64,000 nucleotides of DNA from an uncultured Myxococcales bacterium (GCA_942492525.1 CALOFI010000005.1:64001-128000); one strand, 5' to 3'; shown: positions 47,366 through 60,021, counted from the stretch's first letter. Program-made: numbers and translations. The notes: a model not told the origin generated them from the letters alone.

Positions 47366-49237
47366 GTGACCGAGCCTCATCCTCCCGAGGACGCAACGTC
47401 GTCCGAGCTGCCGCCGCGCGGCGAGCTGACCATCCCCGCGATCATCGCCGCCTGTGTCGTCGCGGTGATCATGGGCGCCAGCTACCCGTACATGACCCTC
47501 AAGCTGGGCTTCGGGCCCAACGTGTCGGTGGTCGCGGCGTTCTTCGGCTTCGTCATCCTCAACATCATCGCGCACAAGACCTACGACCGCTGGCAGAACA
47601 ACATCGTCCAGACCGCCGGCACCTCGGCCGCGCAGACCGCGTTCATGTGCGTGCTGCTGGGCGCGTTCGAGATCCTGCGCGCCAAGGGCGCGATCAACGT
47701 CGAGCTCACGGTCCTGCAGTCGTTCGTGTGGCTGACCGTCGCCTGCACCCTCGGCGTGCTGCTCGCGGTGCCGCTGCGCCGCCACTTCATCATCGACGAG
47801 AAGCTGCCGTTCGTCGACGGCGTCGCCACCGGCGAGACGCTGATCGTCCTCGACCCGCCGCGCGGCGTCGGCGCCGACCCGGCGCTGCTGCGCGCCGCCC
47901 GCGAGGCCACCAAGGCGCTGGGCCTGGGCCTCTTGCTGTCGGGCCTGTTCTTCGCGATGCGCGACGAGTCGCAGCTGCTGTGGTTCGTGCACGACGGCTG
48001 GGTGCCCGCCACCGTGATCGGCGCGGTCGCGGTCGCCAACATGGGCGTCGGCGTCTCGTACGGCTTTCTGTCGATCGGCTCGGGGATGCTGCTCGGCCTG
48101 CGCATCAACCTGAGCATGATGCTGGGCGGCACCCTGGCGTGGATCATCCTGCCGCCGATCCTGGTCGACCTGATCTCGGGGCGGCCCTCGGGCGAGGGCG
48201 GCCTGCTGGCCGGGCACATGCTCAAGCCCGGCACCAAGAACACCTTCCTGCTCGAGTGGATCATGTGGCCGGCCACCGGGATGCTGGTCGCCGGCGGGCT
48301 CACCGCGCTGGCGCTGCGCTGGCGGATCCTGATCGACACCTTCAAGAGCCTGCGCCACGCGCGGATCGGCTCGACCGAGTTCCCGCTGCCGTGGGTGATC
48401 AGCGGCATCGCGCTGTTCAGCTTCTTGCTGTGCGGCGTGCAGTACATCCTGCTCGACATGCCGATCTACATGACCGCGCTGGCCATCGTCATGTCGGTGC
48501 CGCTGATGCTGGTCGGCATCCGCGTCCTGGGCGAGACCAACTGGGGCCCGATCAGCGCGCTGTCGAACATGATGCAGGGCGTCTTCGCGGTGGTCGCGCC
48601 CGGTAACATCGGCGCGAACATGGTGTCGTCGGGCACCACCGGCACGATCGCGGTCTCGTCCGAGGCGATCATGCAGGACTACAAGGCCGGCCAGATCATC
48701 GGCTCGACCCCGCGCAGCCTCACGTTCGCGCAGCTGATGGCGGTGCCGATCGGCGCCGCCGCGGTCTCGCTGGCCTACGCGGCGATGTCCGAGACCTACG
48801 GCATCGTCGAGAAGCACCTGCTCTTCAACCAGGCCGCCGACGCGATCACGCCCGGGCTGTCGTCGCCGATCTCGAACAAGTGGGCCGGCTTCGCCACCAT
48901 CCTGCAGGATGGCGTCGGCGTGCTGCCGTCGTCGGCGCTGATCGCGCTGGTCGCGTTCTCGGTGCTCGGCGTGGTGCTCACGGTCCTCGAGAGCAACAAG
49001 AAGCTCAAGCCGTACGTGCCGTCCAGCACCGGCATCGGCATCGGCATGCTGGTCCCGTTCGCGGTCATCGCGGCGATGTTCGTCGGCGGCGCGATCGGCG
49101 CGCTGTGGGACCGCTTCGACAAGAAGTCGGCCGATGTCTACAAGATCCCGTTCTCGTCGGGGATGATCGCCGGCGAGGCGATGGTCGCGGTGGTGGCGCC
49201 GCTGCTGCTCTACCTGGGCTGGCACCTCTCGCCCTGA
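47366..49237 (+). CDS. OPT-family oligopeptide transporter
   Basis: GTG 47366. About 16 TM helices and OPT-family blocks (YPYMTLKLGFGPNVSVVAAFFGF, ..NIVQTAGTSAAQTAFMCVLLGAFE.., ..GSTPRSLTFAQLMAVPIGAA..). 623 aa. Confidence 0.75.
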   Translation: MTEPHPPEDATSSELPPRGELTIPAIIAACVVAVIMGASYPYMTLKLGFGPNVSVVAAFFGFVILNIIAHKTYDRWQNNIVQTAGTSAAQTAFMCVLLGAFEILRAKGAINVELTVLQSFVWLTVACTLGVLLAVPLRRHFIIDEKLPFVDGVATGETLIVLDPPRGVGADPALLRAAREATKALGLGLLLSGLFFAMRDESQLLWFVHDGWVPATVIGAVAVANMGVGVSYGFLSIGSGMLLGLRINLSMMLGGTLAWIILPPILVDLISGRPSGEGGLLAGHMLKPGTKNTFLLEWIMWPATGMLVAGGLTALALRWRILIDTFKSLRHARIGSTEFPLPWVISGIALFSFLLCGVQYILLDMPIYMTALAIVMSVPLMLVGIRVLGETNWGPISALSNMMQGVFAVVAPGNIGANMVSSGTTGTIAVSSEAIMQDYKAGQIIGSTPRSLTFAQLMAVPIGAAAVSLAYAAMSETYGIVEKHLLFNQAADAITPGLSSPISNKWAGFATILQDGVGVLPSSALIALVAFSVLGVVLTVLESNKKLKPYVPSSTGIGIGMLVPFAVIAAMFVGGAIGALWDRFDKKSADVYKIPFSSGMIAGEAMVAVVAPLLLYLGWHLSP

Positions 49238-49252
49238 TATCCTGGGCGCGGG

Positions 49253-52200
49253 ATGGGCGCGCACGTCGACGTCGTCGCGGGACGCTTCGAGCTGGCCGAA
49301 GCGATCGGCTCCGGCAGCGCCGCCGACGTCCACCACGCGATCGACCTGGTGACCGGCGAGCGCGTCGCGGTGAAGCTCGCCGCCACCGACCGGATCGAGC
49401 TCGAGGTCGCGCGCTACCGCTTCGAGCGCGAGGCCGCCGCGCTCGCGGTGCTGGGCTCGCCGCACGTGGTCCGGTTGATCGCCGCCGGCACCACGCGGCG
49501 CGAGCAGCGGCCGTTCCTGGTGCTCGAGCTGCTGCGCGGGCGCACGTTGCAGGAGGAGCTGATCGACGGCCCGCTGCCGCCGCGCAACGTCGCCACCTGG
49601 CTGAGCCAGACCGCGGCCGCGCTCGAGCTCGCGCACGGCCTGGGCATCGTCCACCGCGATCTCAAGCCGGCCAACCTGTTCCTCCACGAGGTCGGCGACG
49701 CGCGGACGGTCAAGGTCCTCGACTTCGGCCTGGTCAAGGACACCCGCGAGCGGACCCACGCCGACGGCGTCGTCGGCACGCCCTTGTACATGTCGCCCGA
49801 GCAGGTGCGCGGCCAGGCGTCGCGCATCGGCCCGGCCAGCGACATCTGGGCGCTGGCCATGTGCGCGATCACGCTGCTCACCGGCGAGACCTACTGGACC
49901 GGCGACGGCGCGCTCGCGGTGATCGCGCAGATCGACGGCTCGCCCTTGACGCCGCCGTCGGCGCGCTGGGGCTGGCTGCCGCCGGCGTTCGACGCGTGGT
50001 TCGCCCGCTCGACGGCGCGGGTCGCCGAGCGCCGCTTCCGCAGCATCGCCACGCAGGCCGCGGCGCTGAGCCGCGCGCTGGCTGGCCTCGCGGCCCGACG
50101 CGGCGCGCGGCCGGTGACCGCCGCCGACGGGCCGACGCTGGCCGGCACGCCCACCCCGACGCTGGTGCGGCTGGCCGCTGACGGACCGCGCCCGCTGGTC
50201 GGGCGCCAGGTCGAGCACACCGCGCTCGAGACGCGCCTCACCGCGGGCGCGCTGGTGACGATCACCGGCCCGTCGGGCGTGGGCAAGTCGCGGCTCGCCG
50301 CCGCGGTCGCCGCCGCCAGCGGCGAGCGCCTCGCCGACGGGGCCTGGATCGTGCCACTGGGCGCGGTCCGCGACGGCAGCAAGCTGCCCGAGGCGATCGC
50401 GCACGTCCTGGGCCTGATGCCGGACGCCACCCAGGGCGCGCTCGGGCTGGTGGCGAGCGCGCTGGCGCCGCGCCACACCTTGATCGTCCTCGACGGCGCC
50501 GAGCACCTGCGCGCAGGCGGCGCGACCGAGGCGATCGCCACGCTGCGCGCGCGCTGCCCGCACGCGTCGTGGCTGGTGACCAGCCGGATGCCGCTGGGCC
50601 TGGCCGGCGAGGACCGCGTCGTGCTCGAGCCGCTCGAGTCGCCGGCCGCCGACGTCACGCCCGACGAGGCGGCGCGCTACGCCGCGGTCGAGCTGTTCGT
50701 CCAGCGCGCGCGCGGCGTCGACCCCGGGTTCTCGCTCGACGACGACAACGTCGGCGACGTGGTCGCGATCTGCCGGCTGGTCGAGGGCCTGCCGCTGGGC
50801 GTCGAGCTGGCCGCCGCGCAGGTGCGCGCGCGCAACCTCGCCGAGATCCGCACCCGCATCCAGCGCGCCAGCGTCGACGACCCGGTGCGCGGCGCGGTGA
50901 CCTGGGCCTACGGCCTGCTCCGCGCCGATCACCAGGCGCTGCTGCGCCACCTCGCGGTCCTGCCCGGTGGCATGACCTTCCCCGACCTGCGCGCGCGCCT
51001 GGGCCACCTCACCGACGACGTCGCCGGCGCGGTGATGCGCCTGCTCGAGAGCGGCCTGGCGTCGTGGTCGGGCGACGAGACGCCCCGGCTGACCATGCTC
51101 GACAGCGTCCGCGAGGTCTGCCGGCGCGCCTCCGAGGAGGCCGGCGAGGACGAGCAGGTCTGGGACGCCGCGATGGATCACCTGGAGCGCCTGGTCGGCC
51201 GCGCCGACGCCGGGCTGCGCGGCGTCGATCAGGAGCGCTGGCTCGCCGTGATCGACGCCGAGCACGACAACCTGCGCGCGGCGATCCACCACGCGCTGGT
51301 GACCGAGCCCGACGCCGCGCTGGCGCTGGCGGGCCGGCTGACCTGGTACTGGTACCTGCGCGGCCACTACGACGAGGGCCTGACCTTGCTCGAGACCTCG
51401 CTGGGCCGCGCGCCGGCGCGCGACGGCGCGCCGCGGCTGGCCGCGCTGCACGGCGCCGGCCGGCTGGCGCTGCTCGAGTGCGCGTACGACCGCGCCGGCG
51501 AGCTGCTCACCGAGGCGCGCGCGCTGGCGGCGCGGCTCGGCGACGTCCGCGGCGAGGCCGAGGCGGCGCAGCTGCTGGGCTCGGTGGCGCGCGAGCGCGG
51601 GGCGTACGGCGAGGCGCGCCGGCTGCACCGCCGCGCCCTGGCGCTGTGGCTGCAGCAAGGTGATCAGCGCGAGGCCGCGCGCGCGCGCAACTACCTGGCG
51701 TTCGTCGGCTGGCTGGGCGCGGCCGACGGGGTGCCCGACGATCCCGTCGAGGACACCGAGGCGACGCTGGCGGCGCTGGGCGATCTCGAGGGCCAGGTCT
51801 GGGCGCTGCTCAACCGCGGCGCGATCGCGCACCACCGCGGTGATCCGGCGGCCGCCGACGAGGCGATCACCCGCGCGTTCGCCGGCGCGGTCGGCGCGGG
51901 CTTCCAGGAGGGCATCGCGTGGGCGCTCGACCTCGGCGGCCGCACCGCCGCGCGCCGCGGCGATCTGCTGACGGCCCGCGCGCGCCTGCACGCCAGCCTG
52001 CGCGTGCACCGGCGCCTGGGCGATCTGTGGCGCTGCGCCAGCGTGCTCGAGGCGCTCGCCGCGGTGATGGTCGACGACGAGCGCCCGGCCCGCGGCGCGG
52101 TCTACCTGGGCGCGGCCGACGCGCTGCGCGCGCGGGTCGGCGCGCCGGTGCCGGCGTGCGAGCTGCCGCTGCGCGACGAGGCCGAGCGCCGCGGCACGGC

Positions 52201-52291
52201 CGCGATCGGCGAGGCCTACGCGCTCGGCCGCGAGCGCGGCCGCCGCACCCCGCTCGACGAGATCGTCGCGATGGCCGCCGAGCTGCTGTAG
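49253..52291 (+). CDS. STAND-type Ser/Thr kinase: Hanks kinase + P-loop NTPase (NB-ARC/AAA-like) + TPR/LuxR-like helical repeats
   Basis: Kinase motifs ([27 protein letters not shown]); P-loop ITGPSGVGKSRLAAAVA and Walker B LIVLDGAEHL; C-terminal TPR-like repeats. 1012 aa; starts 15 nt after the OPT gene. Confidence 0.8.
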   Translation: MGAHVDVVAGRFELAEAIGSGSAADVHHAIDLVTGERVAVKLAATDRIELEVARYRFEREAAALAVLGSPHVVRLIAAGTTRREQRPFLVLELLRGRTLQEELIDGPLPPRNVATWLSQTAAALELAHGLGIVHRDLKPANLFLHEVGDARTVKVLDFGLVKDTRERTHADGVVGTPLYMSPEQVRGQASRIGPASDIWALAMCAITLLTGETYWTGDGALAVIAQIDGSPLTPPSARWGWLPPAFDAWFARSTARVAERRFRSIATQAAALSRALAGLAARRGARPVTAADGPTLAGTPTPTLVRLAADGPRPLVGRQVEHTALETRLTAGALVTITGPSGVGKSRLAAAVAAASGERLADGAWIVPLGAVRDGSKLPEAIAHVLGLMPDATQGALGLVASALAPRHTLIVLDGAEHLRAGGATEAIATLRARCPHASWLVTSRMPLGLAGEDRVVLEPLESPAADVTPDEAARYAAVELFVQRARGVDPGFSLDDDNVGDVVAICRLVEGLPLGVELAAAQVRARNLAEIRTRIQRASVDDPVRGAVTWAYGLLRADHQALLRHLAVLPGGMTFPDLRARLGHLTDDVAGAVMRLLESGLASWSGDETPRLTMLDSVREVCRRASEEAGEDEQVWDAAMDHLERLVGRADAGLRGVDQERWLAVIDAEHDNLRAAIHHALVTEPDAALALAGRLTWYWYLRGHYDEGLTLLETSLGRAPARDGAPRLAALHGAGRLALLECAYDRAGELLTEARALAARLGDVRGEAEAAQLLGSVARERGAYGEARRLHRRALALWLQQGDQREAARARNYLAFVGWLGAADGVPDDPVEDTEATLAALGDLEGQVWALLNRGAIAHHRGDPAAADEAITRAFAGAVGAGFQEGIAWALDLGGRTAARRGDLLTARARLHASLRVHRRLGDLWRCASVLEALAAVMVDDERPARGAVYLGAADALRARVGAPVPACELPLRDEAERRGTAAIGEAYALGRERGRRTPLDEIVAMAAELL

Positions 52292-52296
52292 CGCGG

Positions 52297-52318
52297 GCGA
52301 CCGGGGCGCTTCGGTCGC
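52297..52318. terminator. GC-rich hairpin (7-bp stem GCGACCG / CGGTCGC, 8-nt loop) between convergent genes; putative bidirectional intrinsic terminator
   Basis: gcgaccg-gggcgctt-cggtcgc immediately after the kinase stop (52289-52291) and before the convergent stop at 52344; no T-tract, as is common in high-GC genomes. Confidence 0.25.
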
Positions 52319-52343
52319 GTCCGGCCGGCTCGGCCCGCGGCGG

Positions 52344-53222
52344 CTACTTCATGTGGCCGACCAGCGAGAACGCCAGCGCCAGTTCGAGGTTGTCCGCGAG
52401 GTCGTCGAAGCCGACCGGCACGACGATCGCGAAGCCAGGCTGGACCGACTCGCCCTGGAAGCGCACGCCCAGCGTGAACGTGCTGGCGCTCTCGTCGGCG
52501 TCGGGATCCTCGGGATCGGTGATGTTGGTGACCAGCTCGGCCGACAGGTCAGCCTTGCCCAGATCGATGCCGCCGGCGAGGTTGACGCGGAAGATCGGCG
52601 AGATGTCGGCGGCCATGCCGTCGCCGTCGTCGAGCATGAGATCGAGGCCGACGTCGACCCGCCAGAACACCGGCCCGCCGCGGCCCATCGGCGACACGCC
52701 GAGCCGCAGCCAGGTGGCGTTGGGGATGCGCTGGGCCAGCTCGCCGTAGCGCGGCACCGAGGCCAGCGCCTGGAACGCGCCGACGCCGTCATCGTCCGCG
52801 GTGGGCAGCGCCAGACCGCCGTGGACGATCAGATCGGCGCGGCGGCCGAGCGGCGAGACGTACAGGCCGCCGACCTCGATGTTGCCCAGCGCCACCTCGC
52901 TCTCGCCTTCGATGACGAGCGGCCCGATGACGGTGTCGGCGTACGACAGGTACGACAGCGGCAGCACCACGTAGCCGCCGGCACCGGCGTCGCTGACCAC
53001 GTGCGCCGAGACGTCGAAGCCGAGGATCGTCGGATCGCCGGGCGTGTCGCCGTCCCAGATCTCGTAGCCCAGGCCGAAGCCGACGGTGGTCACCGGCGTG
53101 AGGCGATCGCTGCTGTGCAGATCGTGGACGCGATCGGCGTCGCGCAGCGGCTCGGCGGTCGCGACCGTGGGCGCGACGACAGCAGCGGTGACCAGGACCA
53201 GGCTCGCCTTGAACTCGGACAT
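52344..53222 (-). CDS. secreted beta-rich protein (possible OM beta-barrel), function unknown
   Basis: Signal MSEFKASLVLVTAAVVAPTVATA; alternating hydrophobic beta-strand-like segments; C-terminal ..LALAFSLVGHMK. 292 aa. Confidence 0.4.
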   Translation of the reverse strand: MSEFKASLVLVTAAVVAPTVATAEPLRDADRVHDLHSSDRLTPVTTVGFGLGYEIWDGDTPGDPTILGFDVSAHVVSDAGAGGYVVLPLSYLSYADTVIGPLVIEGESEVALGNIEVGGLYVSPLGRRADLIVHGGLALPTADDDGVGAFQALASVPRYGELAQRIPNATWLRLGVSPMGRGGPVFWRVDVGLDLMLDDGDGMAADISPIFRVNLAGGIDLGKADLSAELVTNITDPEDPDADESASTFTLGVRFQGESVQPGFAIVVPVGFDDLADNLELALAFSLVGHMK

Positions 53223-53337
53223 GCGCGCATGGTGCCCGGCGAGCGGGCGTCGGTCCACCCGCCGTGCAGCGCGCGCAAGCGATCTCACCGTGGCAGGTTC
53301 ACGCCGTGCGATCGGCCACGCTGGCGGCAGCCGGGCG

Positions 53338-55509
<2,172 letters not shown>

Positions 55510-55572
55510 CGCGGCGATAGTAGCGCGTCAGGGCGGCCGCGCCGGCCGCGAGCTGGGGCGTATGCTGTCGCG

Positions 55573-56976
55573 ATGCGCCGCTGTACCGCCGTCTCCGCGC
55601 TCGCCCTGCTGGCGCTCGCCGCCGCCTGCGGCGACGACGCCCCCGCCGACCGCCCCGACGCCGGCCTGCAGTGCGAGGTCCCGGCCGCGCTGGTCGCGGG
55701 CACCGCCGGCACCGACGCGCTCGCCGACGCGCCGGCGCGGTGCGGCCAGGCCGCGCACACCTGGCTGCGCGACGCCGCGCTGGGCACGGTGGTCGAGGTC
55801 GACACCGCCACCGCGTACGCCGCCGACTTTCTGATCGCGCTGCTCGGCCCCCAGGGCGTCGCGCTGCCCACGCCGCCCGCGTACGACGTCGCGGTGCGGC
55901 GCATCACCTACCAGACCCAGGATCGCGGCGTGCTGGTCGAGGCCACCGCGTTCGTCGCCTACCCCACCGTCGAGGTCCCCGGCGGACCGCTCGACATGCT
56001 CGTGCTGCTGCACGGCACCAGCGGCTTCACCGACGGCTGCGGCGCCGGCAGCGACCAGCTCTATCCCCTGCTCGGCTCGCTGCTCGCGGCCACCGGCAAG
56101 ATCGTCGTCATCCCCGACTACCTGGGCCTGCGCAGCGACGAGCGTGCCACCGGCTTCCCGCACCCGTACCTGGTCGGCCAGGCCACCGCGATCGCCTCGC
56201 TCGACGCGGTCCGCGCGGCGCAGCGCCTGGCCCCGGGCGACCGCGGCGGCCACTGCGCGACCAGCCGCGTCGCGGTGATCGGCGGCTCGCAGGGTGGCCA
56301 CGCCGCGCTGTGGCTCGATCGCCTGGCGCCCTACTCCGCGCGCGAGCTCGAGCTCGCCGGCGTGGTCGCGACCGTGCCACCGATGGATCTCGTCGCGCAG
56401 ACCACCCGCGCGCTCACCGAGATCGTCGACGCCACCGGCAACACGATCGCGATGCTCGGCACCGCGTCGCCCTGGTACGGCGCCGGCCTGGCCGGCGCGC
56501 TGGTGCAGCCCTGGGCCGGCGACCTGCCCGGCATCCTGGCCGCGGACTGCAGCCCCGACGCCGACATCGACGGCCTGCAGCTCGGCGACGTCTTCACCAC
56601 CACGCTGCTCGACGCCGCCGCCGCCGGCACGCTCGCCGACGTCGATCCGTACGGCTGCATCTTCGCCGAGAACGCGCTGACCACCACCAGCGTCGCGCGC
56701 ATCGCCAGCAGCGCGCCCGGCTACGGCATCCTGGTCGTCCTCAGCGAGGACGACACGCTGGTCCACACGCCGATCGAGCGCGCCGCCTACGAAGCGCTGT
56801 GCACCGCCGGCATGCCGATGCAGTACCTCGAGTGCGCCGGCGCCGGGCACACCGACTCGACGATCTGGAGCCTGCCCGAGATCCTCGCGTTCATCGACGC
56901 GCGCCTCGCCGGCGAGCCGATGACGCCGGCGTGCGCGGCGGCCGCGCCGGTGACCTGCTCGGGCACGCCCGAGTAG
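55573..56976 (+). CDS. secreted lipoprotein of the secretory-lipase (LIP) / alpha/beta-hydrolase type
   Basis: MRRCTAVSALALLALAAACGDD lipobox; nucleophile elbow VIGGSQGGHAA; Cys pairs; 467 aa. Immediately upstream of the SGNH/MBOAT genes. Confidence 0.5.
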   Translation: MRRCTAVSALALLALAAACGDDAPADRPDAGLQCEVPAALVAGTAGTDALADAPARCGQAAHTWLRDAALGTVVEVDTATAYAADFLIALLGPQGVALPTPPAYDVAVRRITYQTQDRGVLVEATAFVAYPTVEVPGGPLDMLVLLHGTSGFTDGCGAGSDQLYPLLGSLLAATGKIVVIPDYLGLRSDERATGFPHPYLVGQATAIASLDAVRAAQRLAPGDRGGHCATSRVAVIGGSQGGHAALWLDRLAPYSARELELAGVVATVPPMDLVAQTTRALTEIVDATGNTIAMLGTASPWYGAGLAGALVQPWAGDLPGILAADCSPDADIDGLQLGDVFTTTLLDAAAAGTLADVDPYGCIFAENALTTTSVARIASSAPGYGILVVLSEDDTLVHTPIERAAYEALCTAGMPMQYLECAGAGHTDSTIWSLPEILAFIDARLAGEPMTPACAAAAPVTCSGTPE

Positions 56977-57052
56977 GCGTCGCCAGCGGGAACAGCGCGG
57001 CGAGGTTCGTCGTTGAGCCCCGCGCGCCCCGCTGCTAGCGTCCGCCCTCGTC

Positions 57053-58582
57053 ATGACCGCCCACGCGCGCGATACCTCGACCTCGGTCGCGCCCACGCTC
57101 GGCTGGTTCGTCCTGGTGCTCGTCGGCGTGCTGGTCGCGCTGGGCGGCGGCGTCGCCGGGCTCGATGGGCTGCGGGCGCTGGTCGACGGCGACGACGGCG
57201 ACGACGAGCTGGGCCCGCGCGTGGCCGGTCCGACGTTCGTCCACGCCGAGGCCGAGGGCGCCGATGACCTCGGCGAGCTGGCCGCGTACGCGCGCGAGGA
57301 CGTCGTGCCGGTGCCGGTGGCTACCGCCACCCACGTCGTCGAGGCCGACGCCCCGGCGGCCGCCGCCGGCGGTCCCACCGCGATCGCCACCACCGACGAC
57401 GACGACGGCGACGGCGACGTCACCACCGCGCGCACGCCCATCGAGGACACCTGCGTCGACGGCGACGCCGACGCCTGCCGGCGCTGGGCCATGGACGGCG
57501 CGTACGACGCGCTGCGCGACGCGCGCGCGCGCACCGGCCTGGTGCGGCTGTCGCTGTACGGCGACTCGGTCACCGCCGAGGGCTACATCGCGTCGGGCAT
57601 GCGGTCGCGGCTGATCAAGAAGGTGGGTGACGGTGGCGCCGGCTTCGTGTTCCTGGCCCAGCCCAGCCGCTGGTACCAGAACACCGCGGTCCGCCAGACC
57701 CAGTCCAAGGGCTGGTCGATCCAGAGCGTGGTCTTCAAGCCGGCCAGCGATCGTCGCCACGGCTACGGCGGCGCCTCGTTCACCGGCTCCGCCGGCGACA
57801 GCGTCACCTTCAAGACCGCCAAGCGCGGCGCCGGCAGCAAGGTCGCCCGCTTCGAGCTGTACTACCTGGCCGGGCCCAGCGGCGGCACCGCCGACATCCT
57901 GGTCGACGGCGTGGTCGCGACCACGGTCGACGCCCACGCCGAGACGATCCGCTCGGGCTTCGCCGGCGTCGACGTCGACGACGGCGCCCACGAGCTCACC
58001 GTGCGGGTCACCGCCGGCACGCTGCGCGCGTTCGGCGTCACGATGGAGCGGCGCCGCGGCGTGGTCGTCGACAGCCTGGGCATCGTGTCGCAGACGGCCA
58101 AGAACATGGGCAACAACCAGGCCGCCCACTACCGCGAGCAGATCCTGCACCGCGATCCGCACCTGGTCATGATCCTGCTCGGCGCCAACGAGAGCGCCTG
58201 GCTCGAGGGCAAGACCGCGCTGCGGCTGTTCCGCGGCCAGTGGGACCGGCTGCTCGCCCGCATCCGCACCGGCAACCCCGGCGCCTCGTGCCTGGTGCTG
58301 GGCACGCTCGACGCCGGCACGCTGATCGAGGGCAAGAAGTTCGAGGGCCGCGCCAGCATCACCGACATGATCAAGGCCGAGCGCGCCGCCGCCACCGCGG
58401 CGGGCTGCGCGTTCTGGGACGCCCGCGCGTTCATGGGCGGCGAAGGCGCGGCGCGCACCTGGTATCGCAAGCGGCTGATGTCGGGCGACTTCGAGCACCT
58501 GACCCAGAAGGGCGGGCAGGTCATCGGCTCGGGGATCGTCGAGGCGCTCGAAGCGGGTTACGCTGCTCGCAGCTCCCGGTGA
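57053..58582 (+). CDS. membrane-anchored SGNH/GDSL hydrolase (AlgX/AlgJ/PatB-like O-acetyltransferase-esterase fold)
   Basis: N-terminal TM (LGWFVLVLVGVLVALGGG), Asp-rich linker, block I LSLYGDSVT (GDS nucleophile), block V GDFEHLT (DxxH); 509 aa. Stop overlaps the next start. Confidence 0.6.
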   Translation: MTAHARDTSTSVAPTLGWFVLVLVGVLVALGGGVAGLDGLRALVDGDDGDDELGPRVAGPTFVHAEAEGADDLGELAAYAREDVVPVPVATATHVVEADAPAAAAGGPTAIATTDDDDGDGDVTTARTPIEDTCVDGDADACRRWAMDGAYDALRDARARTGLVRLSLYGDSVTAEGYIASGMRSRLIKKVGDGGAGFVFLAQPSRWYQNTAVRQTQSKGWSIQSVVFKPASDRRHGYGGASFTGSAGDSVTFKTAKRGAGSKVARFELYYLAGPSGGTADILVDGVVATTVDAHAETIRSGFAGVDVDDGAHELTVRVTAGTLRAFGVTMERRRGVVVDSLGIVSQTAKNMGNNQAAHYREQILHRDPHLVMILLGANESAWLEGKTALRLFRGQWDRLLARIRTGNPGASCLVLGTLDAGTLIEGKKFEGRASITDMIKAERAAATAAGCAFWDARAFMGGEGAARTWYRKRLMSGDFEHLTQKGGQVIGSGIVEALEAGYAARSSR

Positions 58583-59997
58583 ACCGCGCTCCCTCGTTCC
58601 TGACGTTGCTGGTCGTGGCCGGCTGCGCGACGCCGCCCGGCGACGCGCCACCGCCGCGGCCGCCCGAGCGCGTGACCCTCACGCAGGCGCCGACCGAGCT
58701 CGAGCCGGCGCAGACGGCGGCGCCGGTCGTCGTGCCCCCGGTGACGCTCGAGGCGCCGGCGGGCGCCCTCGATCCGCTGTACCAGGCGCTGGCCGCCGCC
58801 GAGGCCGACGAGCCCGACGGCCGCGCCCTGATCGCGCAGTTCGGCGACTCGCACACCGCCGGCGATCGCTTCACCGCCCGGCTGCGGCACGTGTTGCAGG
58901 CGCGCTTCGGCGACGGCGGCCGCGGCTTCGTCCTGCCGGGCCGGCCGGCGATCAAGCACTACGAGCTGACCGACGTCCGCTACGGCAACGAGGGCGCCTG
59001 GAAGGCCGACCAGGGCGGCAAGCGCGACGCCACCGAGCCGTACGGGCTGGGCGGCGTGCGCAGCTACGCCAGCAAGCCCGGCAAGGTCGCGTGGGTCGAG
59101 ACCTGCGCGGACTGCGGCGCCGGCACCGCCGTGACCCGCTTCGAGGTCTTCTACCTGCGGCAGGCCAGCGGCGGGATCCTCGAGGTCCGCATCGACGACG
59201 GCGCCTGGCAGCCGGTCGGCACGGCGCTGGCCACCGACGAAGGCGACGCGCCGCGGCCGGACTACGCCGTCTTCACCGTCACCGACGGCGCGCACCGGCT
59301 GGCCTTGCGTCCCAAGGGCCGCAAGCGCGTCGACGTCTTCGGCGTGGCGCTCGAGCGCGACACGCCGGGCGTGGTGGTCGACGCGCTGGGCATCGTCGGC
59401 CTGCAGATGTCGCACCTGTGGAAGTGGGACTGGAGCGTCATCGGCCCGCAGCTCGAGCACCGGGCGCCCGCGCTGGTGGTGCTGCAGTACGGCACCAACG
59501 AGGTCGACGACCCCGACCTCGACGTCGCCCGCTTCGAGCAGCGCTACACCGAGCTGATCGGCCGCGTGAAGCTCGCGGTCCCCACCGCCGCGATCTTGAT
59601 CCTCGGCCCACCCGACATGGCCCGCCGCGCCGACGGCCGCAAGTGCGACCGACCGGTGCGCAAGCCCAGGCGTGGCAAGCGGAAACCCGCCGTCGAGCCG
59701 CCGCCCGTCGAGGTCCGCGAGGGCTGCCTGTGGAAGACGCCGCCGGCGCTGCACGACGTGATCGACGCCCAGCGGCGGGTCGCCCAGGCCACCGGCGTGG
59801 CGTTCTTCGACAGCCTCGCGGCGATGGGCGGCGCCGACCAGATCGACCTGCTCGTCCACGCCGAACCCGCGCTCGCCTACAAGGACCGGGTTCACTTCAC
59901 CGCCGCCGGCTACGCGGTCTGGGCGGATCTGGTGCTGGAAGATTTGATGCGCGGCTACGACGCGTGGCAGAAACAGGCGGCTCGCGCCCCGCGTTGA
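58579..59997 (+). CDS. second SGNH/GDSL hydrolase, lipoprotein (AlgX/AlgJ/PatB-like)
   Basis: GTG 58579 overlaps the upstream stop; VNRAPSFLTLLVVAGC lipobox; block I IAQFGDSHTAG, block V DRVHFT; Lys/Arg-rich insert (CDRPVRKPRRGKRKPAVEPPP); 472 aa. Confidence 0.6.
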   Translation: MNRAPSFLTLLVVAGCATPPGDAPPPRPPERVTLTQAPTELEPAQTAAPVVVPPVTLEAPAGALDPLYQALAAAEADEPDGRALIAQFGDSHTAGDRFTARLRHVLQARFGDGGRGFVLPGRPAIKHYELTDVRYGNEGAWKADQGGKRDATEPYGLGGVRSYASKPGKVAWVETCADCGAGTAVTRFEVFYLRQASGGILEVRIDDGAWQPVGTALATDEGDAPRPDYAVFTVTDGAHRLALRPKGRKRVDVFGVALERDTPGVVVDALGIVGLQMSHLWKWDWSVIGPQLEHRAPALVVLQYGTNEVDDPDLDVARFEQRYTELIGRVKLAVPTAAILILGPPDMARRADGRKCDRPVRKPRRGKRKPAVEPPPVEVREGCLWKTPPALHDVIDAQRRVAQATGVAFFDSLAAMGGADQIDLLVHAEPALAYKDRVHFTAAGYAVWADLVLEDLMRGYDAWQKQAARAPR

Positions 59998-60021
59998 CCA
60001 CGCGGGCCCGCGCCCGACCCG

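Noticed and set aside
46607-52009. 1800-aa ORF on the - strand
   Set aside because: Antisense to three + strand genes with clear kinase, OPT and STAND motifs; translation is Arg/Gly/Ala/Asp junk with no domain signature.
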